Counted from the first letter of the stretch, positions 1 through 14,717 are shown. The stretch is 64,000 bases of DNA from Blasia pusilla (GCA_050084515.1 CM114271.1:6014001-6078000), one strand, 5' to 3'. Program-made: numbers and translations. The notes: a model not told the origin generated them from the sequence alone.

Positions 1-297
1 GATTCCCGGATGACCATATGGAAAGAGGCTAAGAAGTAAGGGCTCAGTGATTCTGGAGTCTGCTTTTCTTCCTTTGTGTGGGCTGACAAGGGTGGCTCTG
101 CTGTTATTTAATCTACTGTAACTGTTTTATTTCCCCTTGCCCCTGACCTCCGACAAAGTTAAAGTTGGTTCCATTCTATTAATAATCTTTCAACAGGGAT
201 AGAGATACAGCTAAGCAATTTACTCTCCATAGAAATAAAGCACGTTTGGCAATTATTTACCAACGATTCTTCAACGGGGCAATCTGGAAGAGATGAC

Positions 298-3056
298 CTC
301 TGGTGAAGCAGCTTGCACAAAGTCAACCATTGTTGTAAGCAGCTTGCGCTCTTCTTCCACGATCAACTTGGCTTGTGTTTCTAGGTCCAGAGGTACCTCG
401 GGTTCCTTTTCAATTACAGGAAAAGATCCATCTTGAACTCCTTGTATAGACGATGCTTGTGAGTAATCTTCACCTGTCTGGAACCTAGTAGTGTTCCCCT
501 GCTGCTTCAATGCAAGATTTACGGCTGAAGACACAGAAGCCATATAACCAGCAACATCCTCCCTGTGTATCAAATCCCTTGCATTTAGGACAAGCCCACT
601 TGCTCCAGCTTGTAGCATTCCTAATGTTCGCTCCAAATCTTTAGAGGACAACTCTAACATTGAGACATCGAGAAACACTGGAATGCTGACTTCCCTGCAG
701 ACACTGCTTATATAATTGCCATGATCCTCAATTGCTGAACACTTGAGAAGTAGTAAGTCAGCCCCCTCCAATGCAGTGGCAGTTTTAGCTGACTGAGTGG
801 ATGAGACAGTCCTCACCACAAGAGGTAACACTGCAGCTTCTGAAACAGCATTTTGCATCATTCTCCTTGCCACCACTGTCGGTAGCCCTGCAGAAGGAAA
901 CATCATTATTCCCACCATAAGTATATAGCCGTCCAAAGCAAGAGACACAATCAACAAGACAATATAGTCTAATGGAGAAATCCTGTTGAGCAGGGCATTT
1001 ATTTACCGCTTGCTTTTGTAAATATCCATCCTAGACTACTGATTATCGATAACCCAAATTATGCTTCATGCGTGATGTCCAGAATCATAGGCTCTTTTTC
1101 TCATTCCCCGTCGATCCCTTTAGTAAATCGATTTCGTTTTCCCCTCGAAAATGAGGATGAAACTCAAGGTGAGAATTCAAAAAGGAGATTGGTCTCGGTC
1201 AGTTATCGGAGTGTTACAACACTATCAAACCAGTCGAAGAAATTGGAGAAAAAGGTGGAAACTTACGAGCTCTTTCAAGAACAGGAAGTAGGACTTTGGA
1301 GTTGAGCAACAACACAGATACCATTCTAGAAGACATGAGGGTTTAGAGTCTATAAACTTACAGCATGAAATATTCAAATCTTGAAGAAGAAGAGATAAAT
1401 TTTAGATCTGAAAGACTAAAGGAGGAGGGTTGGCTCCCATACACCTCTGGAAACAGAAGTCCCCGGAAGAATATCAGTTAAATTAACTGTAGGTTCAGGT
1501 CAAACATTCAAGACTAACCACTCCAAAATTTGTTGGGGTGAGTTAATGCCAAGTTAATCCATGATGGTGGCACTATTCACGAGCCTGTTTTGGTCAAGTC
1601 AAACTGAAGTATGTCACTGCGCGGGGTGCCGTTACGCATAACCGGCGAATGTGGGGTGCTGCAGTCTCACGGCTGTTGTCCACGCAATCGACAACCTTCA
1701 GGAAAATTGGGAGAAACTAAGCATTCACACTTGTATCTCAGAACGACGACTTAACCTCCACTCCACCCATCCGTCACGGGAAGACTCTGACAAATACTGG
1801 ATTGATTGGAAAAGGATTTACGATCGCTTTTAAGGACCACGTATGCATCTCTTTAAGAATTCGTACTGCACTTCAACGACAGGAGAAAGTGAATGCAGAT
1901 CAACTCCCGAGAGAGCGAGAGACGAAGAAAAAACTTAAGATTATTAAGGGCAATAACAACCTCCATCTGAGAGAACAACACCATCAGCACCAGCTGCCGC
2001 AGCAATATCCACCCGTTCGGCTACCAAAAGCTCTGCTCGACCTCTCAGCACTGACTTCAGCGCACATGCTGCCTCATACAGCCTGGCTCCCCCTTCACCT
2101 TCCATTCCTGATTCGACGATCACCATGGTCAAACCCTCGGCTACAACTGAGCTTAGAACTTCCAGAAACCCTTCCAATCCTTTTCCCTCCAGGACCTCCA
2201 GGACCTGAACTCTTAAAACTAGTCCCGGTATACGAACTTCAGCCCTTCGCACACCACCCGGAAAAACTCCTATGGGAGATTGCTTCGACTCAACGTCCAC
2301 CGAGCTAGCCTCTCCAATATCACTTCCACTCAGCTCATCAACCATGGAGTTCCTGGCGATCCGTGAAAATCTCCACCTGAATCTGAAGGGTGCTTCTAAG
2401 CATTGCTGATCAATTCTTCCAACCAACCGCGCTCGTCTGGACCACTCTATTCTAAAATTTGCACCCGAATCCAGCGGTCGTAGCACTACACGACTCGTTT
2501 CAGTTCTCTGGGCAGATACCTTTCTACTTCTGCCATATCGCCTTCCTTGAGCTACAAGATTTCTGGAGCAATGAAAACTACAGGGATTCCAACTAATGCC
2601 ACATCCGCAAGTCCCTCCACGAGTGGTAACTGAGAGGAATTTCAGAGCCATAGACTCCGACAGCGACGTGAATGGCATCCGAGCCTGAAGTGAAGAAGAA
2701 TGTACATGAGACAAATTCGCTGACGCACCCGACCTGAACAATGAGGCGTTCCCTGACAAAGCAGATTGGATAAAAGCGCTTGAAGGTGGCGAGGATTCAC
2801 AACCGAGAAGTGAGCTTCCACTCGGATAATTCAAATTCCACGAGTCACGGCAGGGGTGCAATCCTCCACCCCTTGGACACGTCTCCCTCCCAGCCAATTC
2901 ATGACCACCTAATGGCGTCTCCAATCTTCCGGCACCGCACCTCACATTCGGAGAGACCGTCCCGAAAGGCGCGAATCCACTCAGGTCCAGAGACCCGCTT
3001 CCACACCACGACGATCCATGCTTCCCCACTGCAGGGGGCGTCCATGTAGCACACAT
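298..3056 (-). CDS. FZL: FZO-like chloroplast dynamin-family GTPase, 5' part. Exon 1 ~3056-1961, exon 2 887-298; gene continues beyond the left edge.
   Basis: Translation LYEAACALKSVLRGRAELLVAERVDIAAAAGADGVVLSDG|GLPTVVARRMM matches the N-terminal thiamine-phosphate-synthase-like domain of plant FZL. Long Ser/Arg-rich transit-like N-terminus. GT/AG sites at 1960, 888 and 297. Start codon uncertain. Confidence 0.85.
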
Positions 3057-3825
3057 GCTGCAGGCAAGCCTGCTCACCACAGGCAGTGCAGCGAATGGAG
3101 CGCACGTAACTCACTTTTCCAACATCCTCATCCGACTACCTCTCCGACGCATCATACATCTTCTTCTTCTACTCCGAGTGATTTCTGCTCTGCTCCACTC
3201 CGCTCTGCTGTGCTCTTCTCCTCTGTCCTGTCCTGAAATTTCCCGTTCCCCAGCGGAGACCAATCAAATGCGCCCATCAAATCTTGCAGATCATCCTCCG
3301 CTTCGTTGGCATGCATCTCTCTACACCTCCCTGGATAAGGTCCTACAGCGGTGCCTTTAACATTTGAGAGACGCTCGCGAATCTGCGCCATCCTATTCTA
3401 TTCCCTCTATCTCATCTGCGCAGTGCGTCAAAATGGTCACATGTTATTCAACTTTTCCCGACGAAAGGAGGAGATGGGGAGTTCGACCAGTCGGACACTA
3501 TCCACGTCACAGATTCTCCTAAAACTCGAAACTACGAAAATACCCGGTATTACTCCATTTCCAAATCTTTATTCCGAAAAAAGTTTTTGGAGTCGGATAT
3601 TATCCATCTCACAACTTCAAAATTTACTAGATATTAATTACTATATATATATATAAAAGAGTGCCCTTGCTTTTTACACCGGCCTCTTGCCCAATAGTTC
3701 ATTGAATTCGCATTCTTTTAAAGTAGGTAATTAAATCATCCATTACTAGTGGGGAAATAAAATAGTGATTGAGGAGCCCTTTGTTAGTGTACAACCTGGA
3801 TAAATTTTAAAATTTATTTCATCCG

Positions 3826-4975
3826 AGTATCTCCGTATACACTACGTTTCGTGTGTAGTTACCTTCCTTATTCGAATGTTCATCGCTTCCAATGGTAACC
3901 TAGATGGAACTTCTCTTCCCTACTCTAGATAATGCTACATACAATTGACCATGAGAAAGTATACGAGTAGGAAAGTAAATATCAACCTTTTGCAAAACTT
4001 GACCTTGAGACTTATTCATAGTCATAGCAAAAGTCGGTCGAATAGGGAATTGAAACCTACTTAAATCAAATGGCAAACCAAAATCTGATGCAATCAATAG
4101 GATACATGGAATAAAGACTCGATTTCCAATATTCTTTCGTGTGATAATTTCAACATCTATGCAATGTCGCATAAATCTACGAATCGCCAATCTAGTCCCG
4201 TTTGCTTGTCTATATGATCCATTCATGTTTCGTAATAGTATGATTGGTACACCAGTCTTCAAACACAAACGATGTGGAGGAAATCCAAAAGGCAAGCATG
4301 TGTTCAAAAAATTAGTTAGATAGATATAATTCATCCAACTAATTCGGAATAGAGTCAACGCTAAGGTAAATATGGTCATGTACACAACATGTAATAAATT
4401 GGTGTGAAAATACAAGATTAGTATCCAAACTTCCCAAAAACAAAGTTCCCATAGGAAAAAAATTTCTACGATTTATATGCATGTTAAAAGGATTACCTCT
4501 CCACAAAATCGAGACATAACCTCTACATCTTTATTTCTCAGAGTCAAAATAGCTATATCTCTCAAGAAATCAATGTCATGGAATCGGCTAGGAAAATTTT
4601 CATAGATCAAATCAATAACATCGCATATCTTATAACTTTTTGTAACAATTTCAGATGGTAATAGTGTAAAGTCTTCTCCCAAATGAGGGTGCAAAGGTAC
4701 ACGACCCTCTCTCACTTCCAATCAGCAAAAGCTTATTGTTCACTTCACAAATGACCTTTCAACCTTTCAATTCGCATGTTTGTTGTCAACTTCATGACCT
4801 TTACATTAGACCAAAGAGATGACCTCTTTATGGTGGCTTGGATGATTTGCGACCGATCCCCATGACGAACAACACGCAACACTTGACGAAAATCACCACC
4901 AAATCCCATAAATTTTCCACCAAATGGTATTTGCCGTAGATCATCCCTCTCTCTATTTGGAGCAATGCAAAAAGA
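3826..4975 (-). mobile_element. Helitron remnant 1 (PIF1-like helicase C-terminal half, pseudogenised)
   Basis: PPHRLCLKTGVPIILLRNMN, NGTRL, RFQFPIRPTFAMTMNKSQGQ, HGQLYVALSRV, YTRNVVY and GGDFRQV motifs, with stops and frameshifts. Confidence 0.85.
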
Positions 4976-4989
4976 TAGATCTCTCCATA

Positions 4990-5464
4990 TATCTCAAGGG
5001 ATAGATATACATAGGTCCTTTTTGGATACTTAAGAAAGGCCCATCGGTCCCTATCTATTCCAAAGGAGAAAAAACAAAAAAAATTGTTACTGTCTCTCCA
5101 TCTTTGTCCTTAGCATTTCATGGGGGAATGAGATTTTATTTTATTTTTAAAAAAAAAGAAAAGAGGAGGAGTAGGAGGAGGAGAAATGTGTATCCGCACA
5201 ACGCCTCCTTGAGAATGGATATACCGGAGGAGAGTGAGCTTTGGAGCTTATTTTCTCTTTGTTAAACCTCTTGGCATAAGATGGTGAAGTTCTGGTCCTC
5301 CTTGCCTTGTGACTAACCAAAGCCTCTCATAAAGAGAGTGGCTATGGTTTTGACAAGAGGGAGATAGATAGAGATAGAGAAGCATGAGAGCTTTGATGCT
5401 ACTTGATTTATTGTATTTTTTTTACAACAATATATGTTATGTAACGACGTACATCTGCATGATG
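4990..5464 (+). repeat. Decayed solo A+B repeat unit of the split-repeat Gypsy lineage
   Basis: 5230-5370 aligns with element-3 repeat A (gagcttattttctctttgttaaacctcttggca...ccttgccttgtga...aagcctctcat). 5424-5464 resembles the conserved B terminus (acaacaatatatgttatgtaacgacgtacatctgcatgatg). Boundaries approximate; no TSD seen. Confidence 0.6.
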
Positions 5465-7199
5465 CCTCTAGCATAATGCATTGCATAGGCACATAAGCAC
5501 TAATACTAATATAGTAGAAGATATTGAATTATCAATTAAAAAGAATAGTTACTACTTATAAGAATAGGCTTCTTGCTTCTCTTGAGAGTCATACTACACT
5601 TTTATGTACATGCAAACTTGCAATGGTTGACAATATATTAAAAGGGTTTGAAGAAAAGGGCAAACGTGGAATACCAAGGCAAGTGGGGGGAACAAGAATA
5701 GGGAGGATATTGGGCCCACATGGACAAGTCTTTCCGTAGGATTGACAGAAGTCTATCGATATGGATATATTTGAAAACACTTACTTTATCCATATGCAAC
5801 CTTATATCTGTCAATGTTGCTACTAGGAATACGAGGAATACTTGTCTATACTTCGAGCTCAATCTCGTAAAATATTGGGCTAACCTTGTCTACCAACCAC
5901 TTGATGTCCCCTTATAATGACTATCATATGTGGTTGTTGAATATGGTCGTAGTTATGCTTGACCTATCTAATGTCTAATCACGTCAATTGGGATGATGGA
6001 GATTGACTATGTCGGTCCCAACATAGCAATAGTGATGGGTAACTCTGACATCGCTCTCATGAGGTTCTCCTATATCAATGGTGATCATGACTTCTAGTCT
6101 CAAAGACCGATATATTAGAGTTCTCCTCATCCTTGTCCTTGTATGCAAACATGTTACTTGACTCCTTATATCACAAGTCCAATGGCAAAGTCAAGTCATC
6201 CCTTGAGCTACGACATCTTATAGTGCAAGAAGATCCCTCTTTGTGAGCCCTTCAAATCACGGTTGGTATTAACACCTCCGAAATATTGACACCACCATAA
6301 TGAAGCATACTATGTCGTAAGACAAATGGAACATAACATTTGTGCATACTAGCTACCAAAAAGACTTCATTTATCAACTTCAAAGTTAGATTATATACAT
6401 TGAAGATACATACTAGGATAGAAGACCATTGTCATATTCTCATGTGCCAACACTCCAACATCTCATCCATCGTTGCAAATACCTACTCTCATGTTTGTAT
6501 AAAAGTATACACATCATCCATGTGGTAAGCAATGAATACTCTCTGTATCAAGTGAAAATTACACAACATGCATACACAAGATTAAAGTCATATACACCAA
6601 ACTTAGATCTAGACTCGCTAGAGCAATAGAGATGATAGGGAGAAGACAAACAATGGGGCCATATGGGCACTTGGCCTTTTTTTTTTCCCTTGGTGCATTA
6701 TAGAGACGTTTTTTCACTATGGGTAGGGCTATATGGCTATCTAGAGTTACTTTAACCTAACAATCAACTAGAGGACAATTCAAGACCTTTTCAAATAAGA
6801 TTTTGCGTGTGTCGTATTTCCTTGATTCGGTATGTTTTCTAGGTTTTTGAGCTTGTTGAATTATGGCTACGATGTATATTGCCTAAAAATTATATTAGCA
6901 CAATAATTATCACATCATTTATATGGAAGTATTTACTCAATGTTCTCAAAGAGGCCGTGCATCAACCATTCCATGTCATGAATGATTTATTCAGGAGGTG
7001 GGAAACTTGAGTGTTTATGTTTCCTCTAATTTAGGACCTATTTAATGGCTATTTGTATAAAGTTACTATTATAGTAAGTTCTCCAATTTAAGCACAATTC
7101 ACTCCCAATTATGGAAGTTTTCTCTTGATCCACTTTAGGAGGCTAGGGCAAGAGAGGTGACTCGTGTGCATAGATCACCGAGGAGAAGGCTTGGGGCAG

Positions 7200-7345
7200 A
7201 AGAGAGAGTTTGGGAGCTTATCTATTTTTGTTAAACCTCCTTCCATAACGCATTAGACCCATGGTGCCTTGCCTTATATTTGAGTAAAGTGACTCTGAAC
7301 CTCTTACTTTGAGATTGGGATTTGATTTGACATGGGAGAGAGCTT
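7200..7345 (+). repeat. Second, more diverged fragment of the same A-type repeat
   Basis: gagcttatctatttttgttaaacctc...gccttgcctt...tttgacatgggagag resembles 5240-5365 and 45478-45600. Confidence 0.45.
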
Positions 7346-7671
7346 TGTGATGTGAGTATATTGATGTACTTTACATTTATTAGACACCTTTTGATATATG
7401 ATCATGTGTGTGTCTAGTTTCTTGGTTATTGAGCTTGTTGAACAAAGTTGCACACGGACAAAGTCTGTGTATATGGATATATCTTTGCCTCGAGAATGTA
7501 CAGGTCCGTGTTAGCTTGGGTTCCCACCGCTCCAACCCAAGCTATCCCGCCTACAATGTAGACCTAAACTCAGCCAATCCGCATCCTAGCCCAACAAATC
7601 AACAACCTGCCGCTGATTTTCTAGCTCACACTAAGCCCACCCTTCATCCGCATAGGCTCAAATCAATATAT

Positions 7672-7983
7672 TATAGAAAAGTGATAACGAAGTATAACTG
7701 GTGGGAAACGACTCTCACACTCACACATTTCCATGGAGAATGAAATTTTGCAATGAGAGAATGAGTGGAGGTTGGTCCCCTTCTCAATTATGTAGGGTAT
7801 GTACAAACAACCCTAACCCTAATCCTAACCATAGTCTTGAGTTAGACTAGTTGTGATTAACTAACCCTAGTTAAGATAATTGTGCTTAAGTGACTAATCA
7901 AGATTAAGCTTCTAACTTTGTATGAGTACCAAATCTAGCAATTTGGATGTCTGATGAGCTTGATTATAACTTAACCTTCAATA
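7672..7983 (-). repeat. Copia 3' LTR
   Basis: Direct repeat of 22155-22453; PPT AGGGGGAG (minus strand) at 7984-7991. Confidence 0.9.
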
Positions 7984-10900
7984 CTCCCCCTCAAACTCAT
8001 ATCGATATCTCTAATGCCTAAATCATTTCTAAACATCTCAAACTTATCTCTAGACAATTTCTTTGTAAAGATATCACAAATTTGGTGATCTATACCTATA
8101 CATACAATATCAATTTCTCCTACAAGCATTTTCTCTCTGATAAAATGATAGTGCACCTCAACATGCTTTGTTCGAGCATGAAACATAGGGTTATTACCAA
8201 GCTTGATGCTACTAATATTATCTCCATATATTACACTAGGTTCTAAGTTACTAACACCAATCTTAACAAGTAATCGATGAAGCCACACCGCCTCACATGT
8301 TGCATTGGTTTCTCCTCTCTGCTCAACCTCTCTTGAAGATAAAGCAATTGTAGGTTGCTTCTTTGAAGCCCAACTTATAGTTGCGCTTCCCAAGATAAAT
8401 GAATAACCAAATATGAAATGCCTATCAGACATGCTTATTGCCCATTTAGCATCTCTGAATCCCTATAATTGTAAACTGGGAGAAGGTTCAAGTTGAAGCC
8501 CGAATTGACCAGAGAATTTCATACACCGCATAATCCTCCTCATAACATCAAGATGAGGTTTTCGAAGTGCTTGCATAAACTGGCTCATTAAGCCAACTGC
8601 ATAGCTCAAATCTGGCATGGTTATAGTTAAATAAATCAAACTTCCAACCATGCGCTTGTACATATTGGAATCTACAAGCAACTCTCCTTCATCCACTCTT
8701 AGCTTCACACTTTGATCCAACGGTGTAGATATGGGCTTAAAAGCCGTCACACCATATTTTGAAAACATGTGAAGACCATATTGTCATTGTAATAACCATA
8801 TGCTCTCTCTCCAACCTTTATAAACTCAACACGAAGGAAGTACTTGAGTTCTCCCAAGTTCTTCATATCAAATTCGGCCTGTAACTTTAGCTTGACTTAT
8901 TGTACTATATCCTCAATACTCCCAGTAATCAAGAGATCATCAACATACAACACAATGATAACCGTATAATCTTGTCCTCGCAAGACATATAACGAGGAGT
9001 CAAAATCACATGCCCTAAAGCCCAACTCTTGTAGGACGTATATAATCTTGCCATACCAAACTCTTGGAGCTTGATTAAGCCCGTATAGAGCTTTCTTTAG
9101 CGTGCATAATATACGGAATAGACTTTGGATGCTCATATCCAAGTGGTTGAGTCATGATACCTCCTCATACAGATCTCCATACAAGAAGGTATTCTTAACG
9201 TCCATGTGTTGTAATCTCCACTTCTTACTTACTACAATTATAACCATTGTTCTCGTAGTCGCCATCTTTGCAACATGGCTGAATGTCTCCTCATAATTAA
9301 TGCCATATTATTGTGCATAGCCCTTGGCTACCAATCTAGCTTTATATTTGTCAATTGTACCATCTTGATTGCGCTTGACATTGTAAATCCATTTGCAACC
9401 AATAGCTTCCTTACCAACAAGTATATCAACCAACTCCCAAGTCTGTTGATGTCTTAATACAACAAGCTCTTCCTCCATAGCTTCAATCCATTCGACCTTG
9501 CTTGCAGCTTCTTGAAAACAACTTGGCTCTTGTTATTGAAGGATAGTCATCATATATGCATGGTGTGTTGTAAGAAATCCGTCATTTATGACTTTATGAA
9601 CAAGTTGTGTGACTCTACTTGATCTACGAATTCGAAGTTATTGTTGAGATGTGGATGTCTCTAACACGTGACTCAAGCTCTTACTAATGTCAACAGACTT
9701 AATGCATATTCTTCTCGTTCAGGGACTAACAGATTAAACTGACGAATCTAGGATCTCACCTAACCCTCTACTCGTACTTGGGGAATTTGTAGGCAATATC
9801 TATTGATTTCTACTCATATTCTCCTTCTCAATAGACGAGTTTAGAAGTGGAATAAGCTTAGATGCAGCATACTATGACTTTAGCTCATCAAAGAGAACAT
9901 CGTGACTAATAATAAGTTGCCTAGAGGATGGAATGTACCACTTATATCCCTTAGTTCTATCAGCATAGCCAATGAAGATACACCTTTCATATTAGGGTTC
10001 TAATTTCTGACGTTTTGCAGAAAGAACGTGAGCATAACAAATACAACCAAATACTTTCAAGAAGAAAAAATCAAATTTACTTCCTATGAAGACTTCGGAT
10101 GGAGTCTTATCATGAACTCCTACTATTGGAGTTAGACTGATTAAGAAGACTGCGTATGCTACAGTCTCTGCCCAATACGCCTTGGGCATATTCTTCTCAT
10201 TCAATATAGCTCTTGTCGCCTTAGCAAAATATCAATTCTTCCTCTCAACCACTCCCTTTTGTCATGGAGTGTAACGGCAAGTCACTTGTCGTTGGATATG
10301 TCACATTTGAGTAGCCGATAGACTGAGATCTATCGTGGATAGGGCATAGGAGCCAACGCACTGTCTTGAGTGTAACTTTGTCCCGCAATGTTGGATGAGG
10401 TTGAGGATAGATTCATTGTGTCAGGAACATCGTTTCTGACAACTTTCCTGTTGAGGTCTTTCACAGCCGGGTGACTTGTTGAGCAGGTCACCCCCCTGGT
10501 AACTTGTGTGTGCAAGTTACCAAGAGGATAGCTATTTTTAGGGAAAGAGCCAAAAGGCTCTTCCCAACCCTATATAAGGGAGGAAGATGGCTTTCCCAAG
10601 CCATCTTTCTCATGTTGGGCCAACCATTCTTGCTCGTGTGTGTGAGTTAGGACTAGGTGCTAGCGTCTGGATTCCTTGATAGCATAGTGTGGACGAGGCT
10701 CTATATGCCAATGTAGATTGAGGAGTGGAGTTTTAGGCCGGATGTGTTGTTTTTACTACTCTATATTTTTACATGAGAAAGATGTCAGGGAGTTGGTGGG
10801 AATTCATTTTTAGCAGGTAGGCAAGCGAGTTGCCTCAATGGGGAGCCCCTGGAGAGGTAGGTTGGCCTTTTGTTGTCATTTTTATGTTCGAAAGGCAGTG

Positions 10901-13500
10901 GGCGGAAGCACTGTCCATTTTTTTCACATTTTTCTGGTGTAGGTTGATGAGGGACAACAACAGAGTGGGGATCACGCAGGAGCGCTCGGGTGCAGCGTAG
11001 AGTGTTGGAGCGTAGCGTCAAGAGAACAGCGCAGAGCGGGAGTGTAGAGAAAGAAACGCTTTGAGAGCTTGTAGCAGCCGAGGGCTAGAGTTGCAAAGGC
11101 GGCTAGGGCTAGGATGAGCCAAGCTCGTGAGGCATATGATGGGATCTTGAGAGGAGAGAGACCCACACCATCAGCCCGGAGACTAGATGGAGACGAAGGC
11201 AGTGAGACAAGCAATGTGGCAGAGACCTCTGGTGGTAGAGGGCCACCAAGCTTCAGTCCCATAGTGGAGTTCTTCTGACAGTTGGGGAAGAGCTACCAGA
11301 GCGTATGCACCGACAAGCTGAAGAGTCTACAGGATTTTCAGGGATGATCGGGTGAGAGTCTGAGAGAGGCATTCACGCACATGAGGAGGCTGATCATTGC
11401 TACTTACGGAGTGACTGAGGCGCAGTCAGTCTAGTATTGGTACGGGGTTATGGACCGAGAACTATGGAGGAGAGTTTGAGATATGATGCTGATTCACACA
11501 ACGAAGCCCACATTGAAGGTGGTCTTCGAGTTGTCTGAGCGTATTGAGCTCAACATGAGTGAGGAGCAAGTAGTGACCGCTAGATTTTCTTGAGAGTCGA
11601 CGGGTCCACAAGCGATGGTGACTCCACAGGTGCCACAGCAGGCACCATTATCACGGGAGCGGGCCATTGTGCCCAGAGAGCACGAGGGGTACTGTGAGCC
11701 TATGAGGCAACGCCCCGTACCTACATATGTTGCCCAACAGGGACCGATGTTCTCTTGCTGGATGTGTGGAGGGACCCATAGGGAGAGAGACTGCCCAGAG
11801 CATGGGAGAGGGCCACAAGCACCTCCGATTGCTCATGTGCCAAAGAGGATGGCCCCACCAGAGTATCAGTGTGACTATTGCCGCAGATATGGTCACACTA
11901 GGGATAGGTGTTTTGACCTTCGTCGACAGGCACATCTAGAGGTAGGCGGGAGGCCTGGGGGCGGTCGTCCTGGAGGAGGTTGAGGAGTTGTTCCTGGATG
12001 TCTCTGGCGCTTCTCTCACGCATCGATCAATTGGTGCAGAGGATTGTTGCCATGACGATGAAGCAGCTCAAGAGCCGAGAGTAGCTAGTGTGGCTCCAGC
12101 TTCCACCTCTTACCCTGACCTGGGTGAGGATCTTGCTAGTATGGGGTTTATGGTTAGTGCAACTCAGGTTGAGGTTGTTGCGTTGATGACTCCGGGTGCT
12201 GCAAGAGGCATTGAGCCATCGAGAGGTGGTGTTGAGATTGACCCATCGGAGGGGACTAATGGGCGGCAGGCCAGGGTTCAACACTCATTCGCATTGTCTG
12301 GAGCACTACACACACCATCGATGGTGCCTCGATGACCAGCGGTGCCTACAGGTCAGGTAGATCCGTCGACCTCACGAGGAGTTGGAGTGACAACTCCTAT
12401 GTCAGCTCGAGTGGAGTGAGTGTTGACCATAGTGTTGGAGGTGGCCAGAGTGAGCCAGGCTCCGCTATTTTCGGCCATAGAGTTGGCGATGTTGGGGGTT
12501 GGACTAGCTGAGGTGTTCCGGCTGGCCGCCACGTTGTATGAGCGTGGAGAGGTGATTGCCTCTCGTTTAGAGGTAGTTGAGGAGGTGGTGGACTTGCCCT
12601 CGGAGCAGGTGCTCGGGACATCCCCTATAGAGTCATGGCATGCGGCGGCGGCGAAGTTGGTAGATATGCCAGCTCAATCGGCCATAGAGCGAGCAGTGGT
12701 GACACATGGCGTAGTCTTATTGGATAACCCAGCTGGAATATTTTGCTTGGTTAGTCCGACGGGGATAGTGTACCACCCGCAGCGTGTCCTACTGGATTCA
12801 GGAGCGCAACCCTTGATGTTAGGGAAGGCAATGTGTTTAGTGTTGGAGTTTTGGAAGGCCGAAATTGTGCCTTGTCCCTTCCAAATACAGACCTCGATTG
12901 GGGGCTTGTCACCCACGCAGTATATGACTCGACAAGAGATAGTTGTCAGAGTCTAGGCAGAGCATGCGACGGATAGTGTTATGGTGCACACTGGTGATTA
13001 CGACACCGGCTGAGTCGTACAATGTGTTGGTGGGGAGTATAGTGCTATATCCCCTAGGATTCATCCTTGACTTCTAGGAGGAGACCGTTGCTTATCGGCC
13101 AGGTGACGGGCGGATGAGTTAGTTATTTGTGCAGTTTGCGGGATGATGTGATCGATCACAAGACGAGTCTGTCACCACGTTGGCAGCTTTCACAGGTAGT
13201 ATTAGTAGGCCAGGAGGGTTGTTTGAGGGGAACGCACATGCAGAGGATGTCCCAGTAGAGGATAGTCCCACGGAGAGACAGGCCATGGCGGGTGTCTAGT
13301 CCCATGTTGGCGAGACCTCTTCACCCTTGTGGGGTACGACTCGAGAGCTATAGAGGAGTGTCAAAGACCTTTTGAGACAGATGTGGAGTCATGCCTTTAT
13401 CCCGGAGCAGTGATAGTCCGGTGGCGATTGGGCTCCTAGAGTGGAGAAGTTGACACCACTGGATACCACACCCATTGTGGGGCAGTGTCCAGAGGAGGGT

Positions 13501-14450
13501 GTAAGCATGTTAGATCTCTTCGCAGGGATAAGCACTAGATTGGCTCTAGTATTGCAAGCGGATATACAGGTGCATTAGTACCTTTATGTTGAGAGAGTTG
13601 AGACCACGCGACTACTATCATTACGTCACGTGGCGAGATTGGTCCAGAGGTATCCTGAGTTGTTGCCGATATATGCAGTACAGGGATATTAGCATACACT
13701 ACCCGCAGATATCTCTTTGGTAGGGGCGCAGGACTTGGATAGAGTTGGCACCATTCATTTGGTGATTGCAGGATGGCCATGTAAGGGTCATTCATCAGCT
13801 GGCCAAGGGTTTGAATTCCACGATCCAAGGCCAGGGATATTTTGGGAGATACTGCAAGTAGTGCGACACTTGCAATAGAGTCAGACATGTTCTCTGACGT
13901 ATATTTTGGAGAACGAGCCATTTTGGGAGATACTTGTGCACATGTGATGACGTGTATGCATCAGGTCAAGTCATGGTTAGGACCTGTTGTGTTGTTAGAT
14001 GCAGTGAGAGTTGGATCACACGCCCATCGTCCATAGCTGAGATGGACAAACCTGATACCATCAGAGGTACAAAGTTGAGCATACAATTGAGTTCAGAGAG
14101 CACCACATCTCACAGTGGATACTATTTTGGGCTCAAGGCATCGATCTCATGTGGTGACGCAGGATGATAGACCACCATTGGCGATAGCCAATGGTGGGGG
14201 AGTTGAGGGCAGCCTTACCTACGTTGGTGAGCTTCCCACATCCCATGCCTTTCGTCAGGGAGGGCCAGGCATGATTTGGGATAAGGTGACCCAAGCATTG
14301 GAGAAGCCTACAGTAGATGAACGCAAGCGCGCCATGGGGTTTGCTATGGGTACTATGGCTGTGCCAGGTATGACTGAGGCATCACGGAGACAAGTGTTAG
14401 GGCAAGCGATGGACCTCAACTGTCTCACATGGATAGTCAGCCTAGGTACG
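13501..14450 (+). pseudogene. DNMT3-like C5 cytosine DNA methyltransferase domain inside element 1 pol
   Basis: Motif I LDLFAGIST (13510), II YLYVE, IV LVIAGWPCKGHS (~13760), VI YILEN (~13900), VIII AHRP*LRWTN (~14025), IX ERKRAMGF, X RRQVLGQAMDL. Confidence 0.88.
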
Positions 14451-14717
14451 GCCGAGCAGAGACGGATGCAAGTGTCATCCATGTCGTCACGTCCACCAGT
14501 TGGAGCATTGCCTACAGGGTCTATACATGCATTGGCTGGGGGTGGGACGAGGAGATATAGGCACCCATGGACTTCCTGGGACGTCATTCGAGTAGAGAGT
14601 GTGAAGGCGGCCAAACTAGCACGTGTTCATTTTTTGGATGTAGAGCATGGTGTAGGAGGTAAGAGTGGAGTTGTTGTTGTGGAGGTGGCTAGGGTTGCTA
14701 CATAGCAACCAAAGCCA

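Noticed and set aside
5524-6630. Short ORFs between the repeat remnants
   Set aside because: No recognisable domain; probably decayed TE sequence.
7810-7830. Telomere-like ccctaa repeats
   Set aside because: Only about three degenerate units, inside a Copia LTR.
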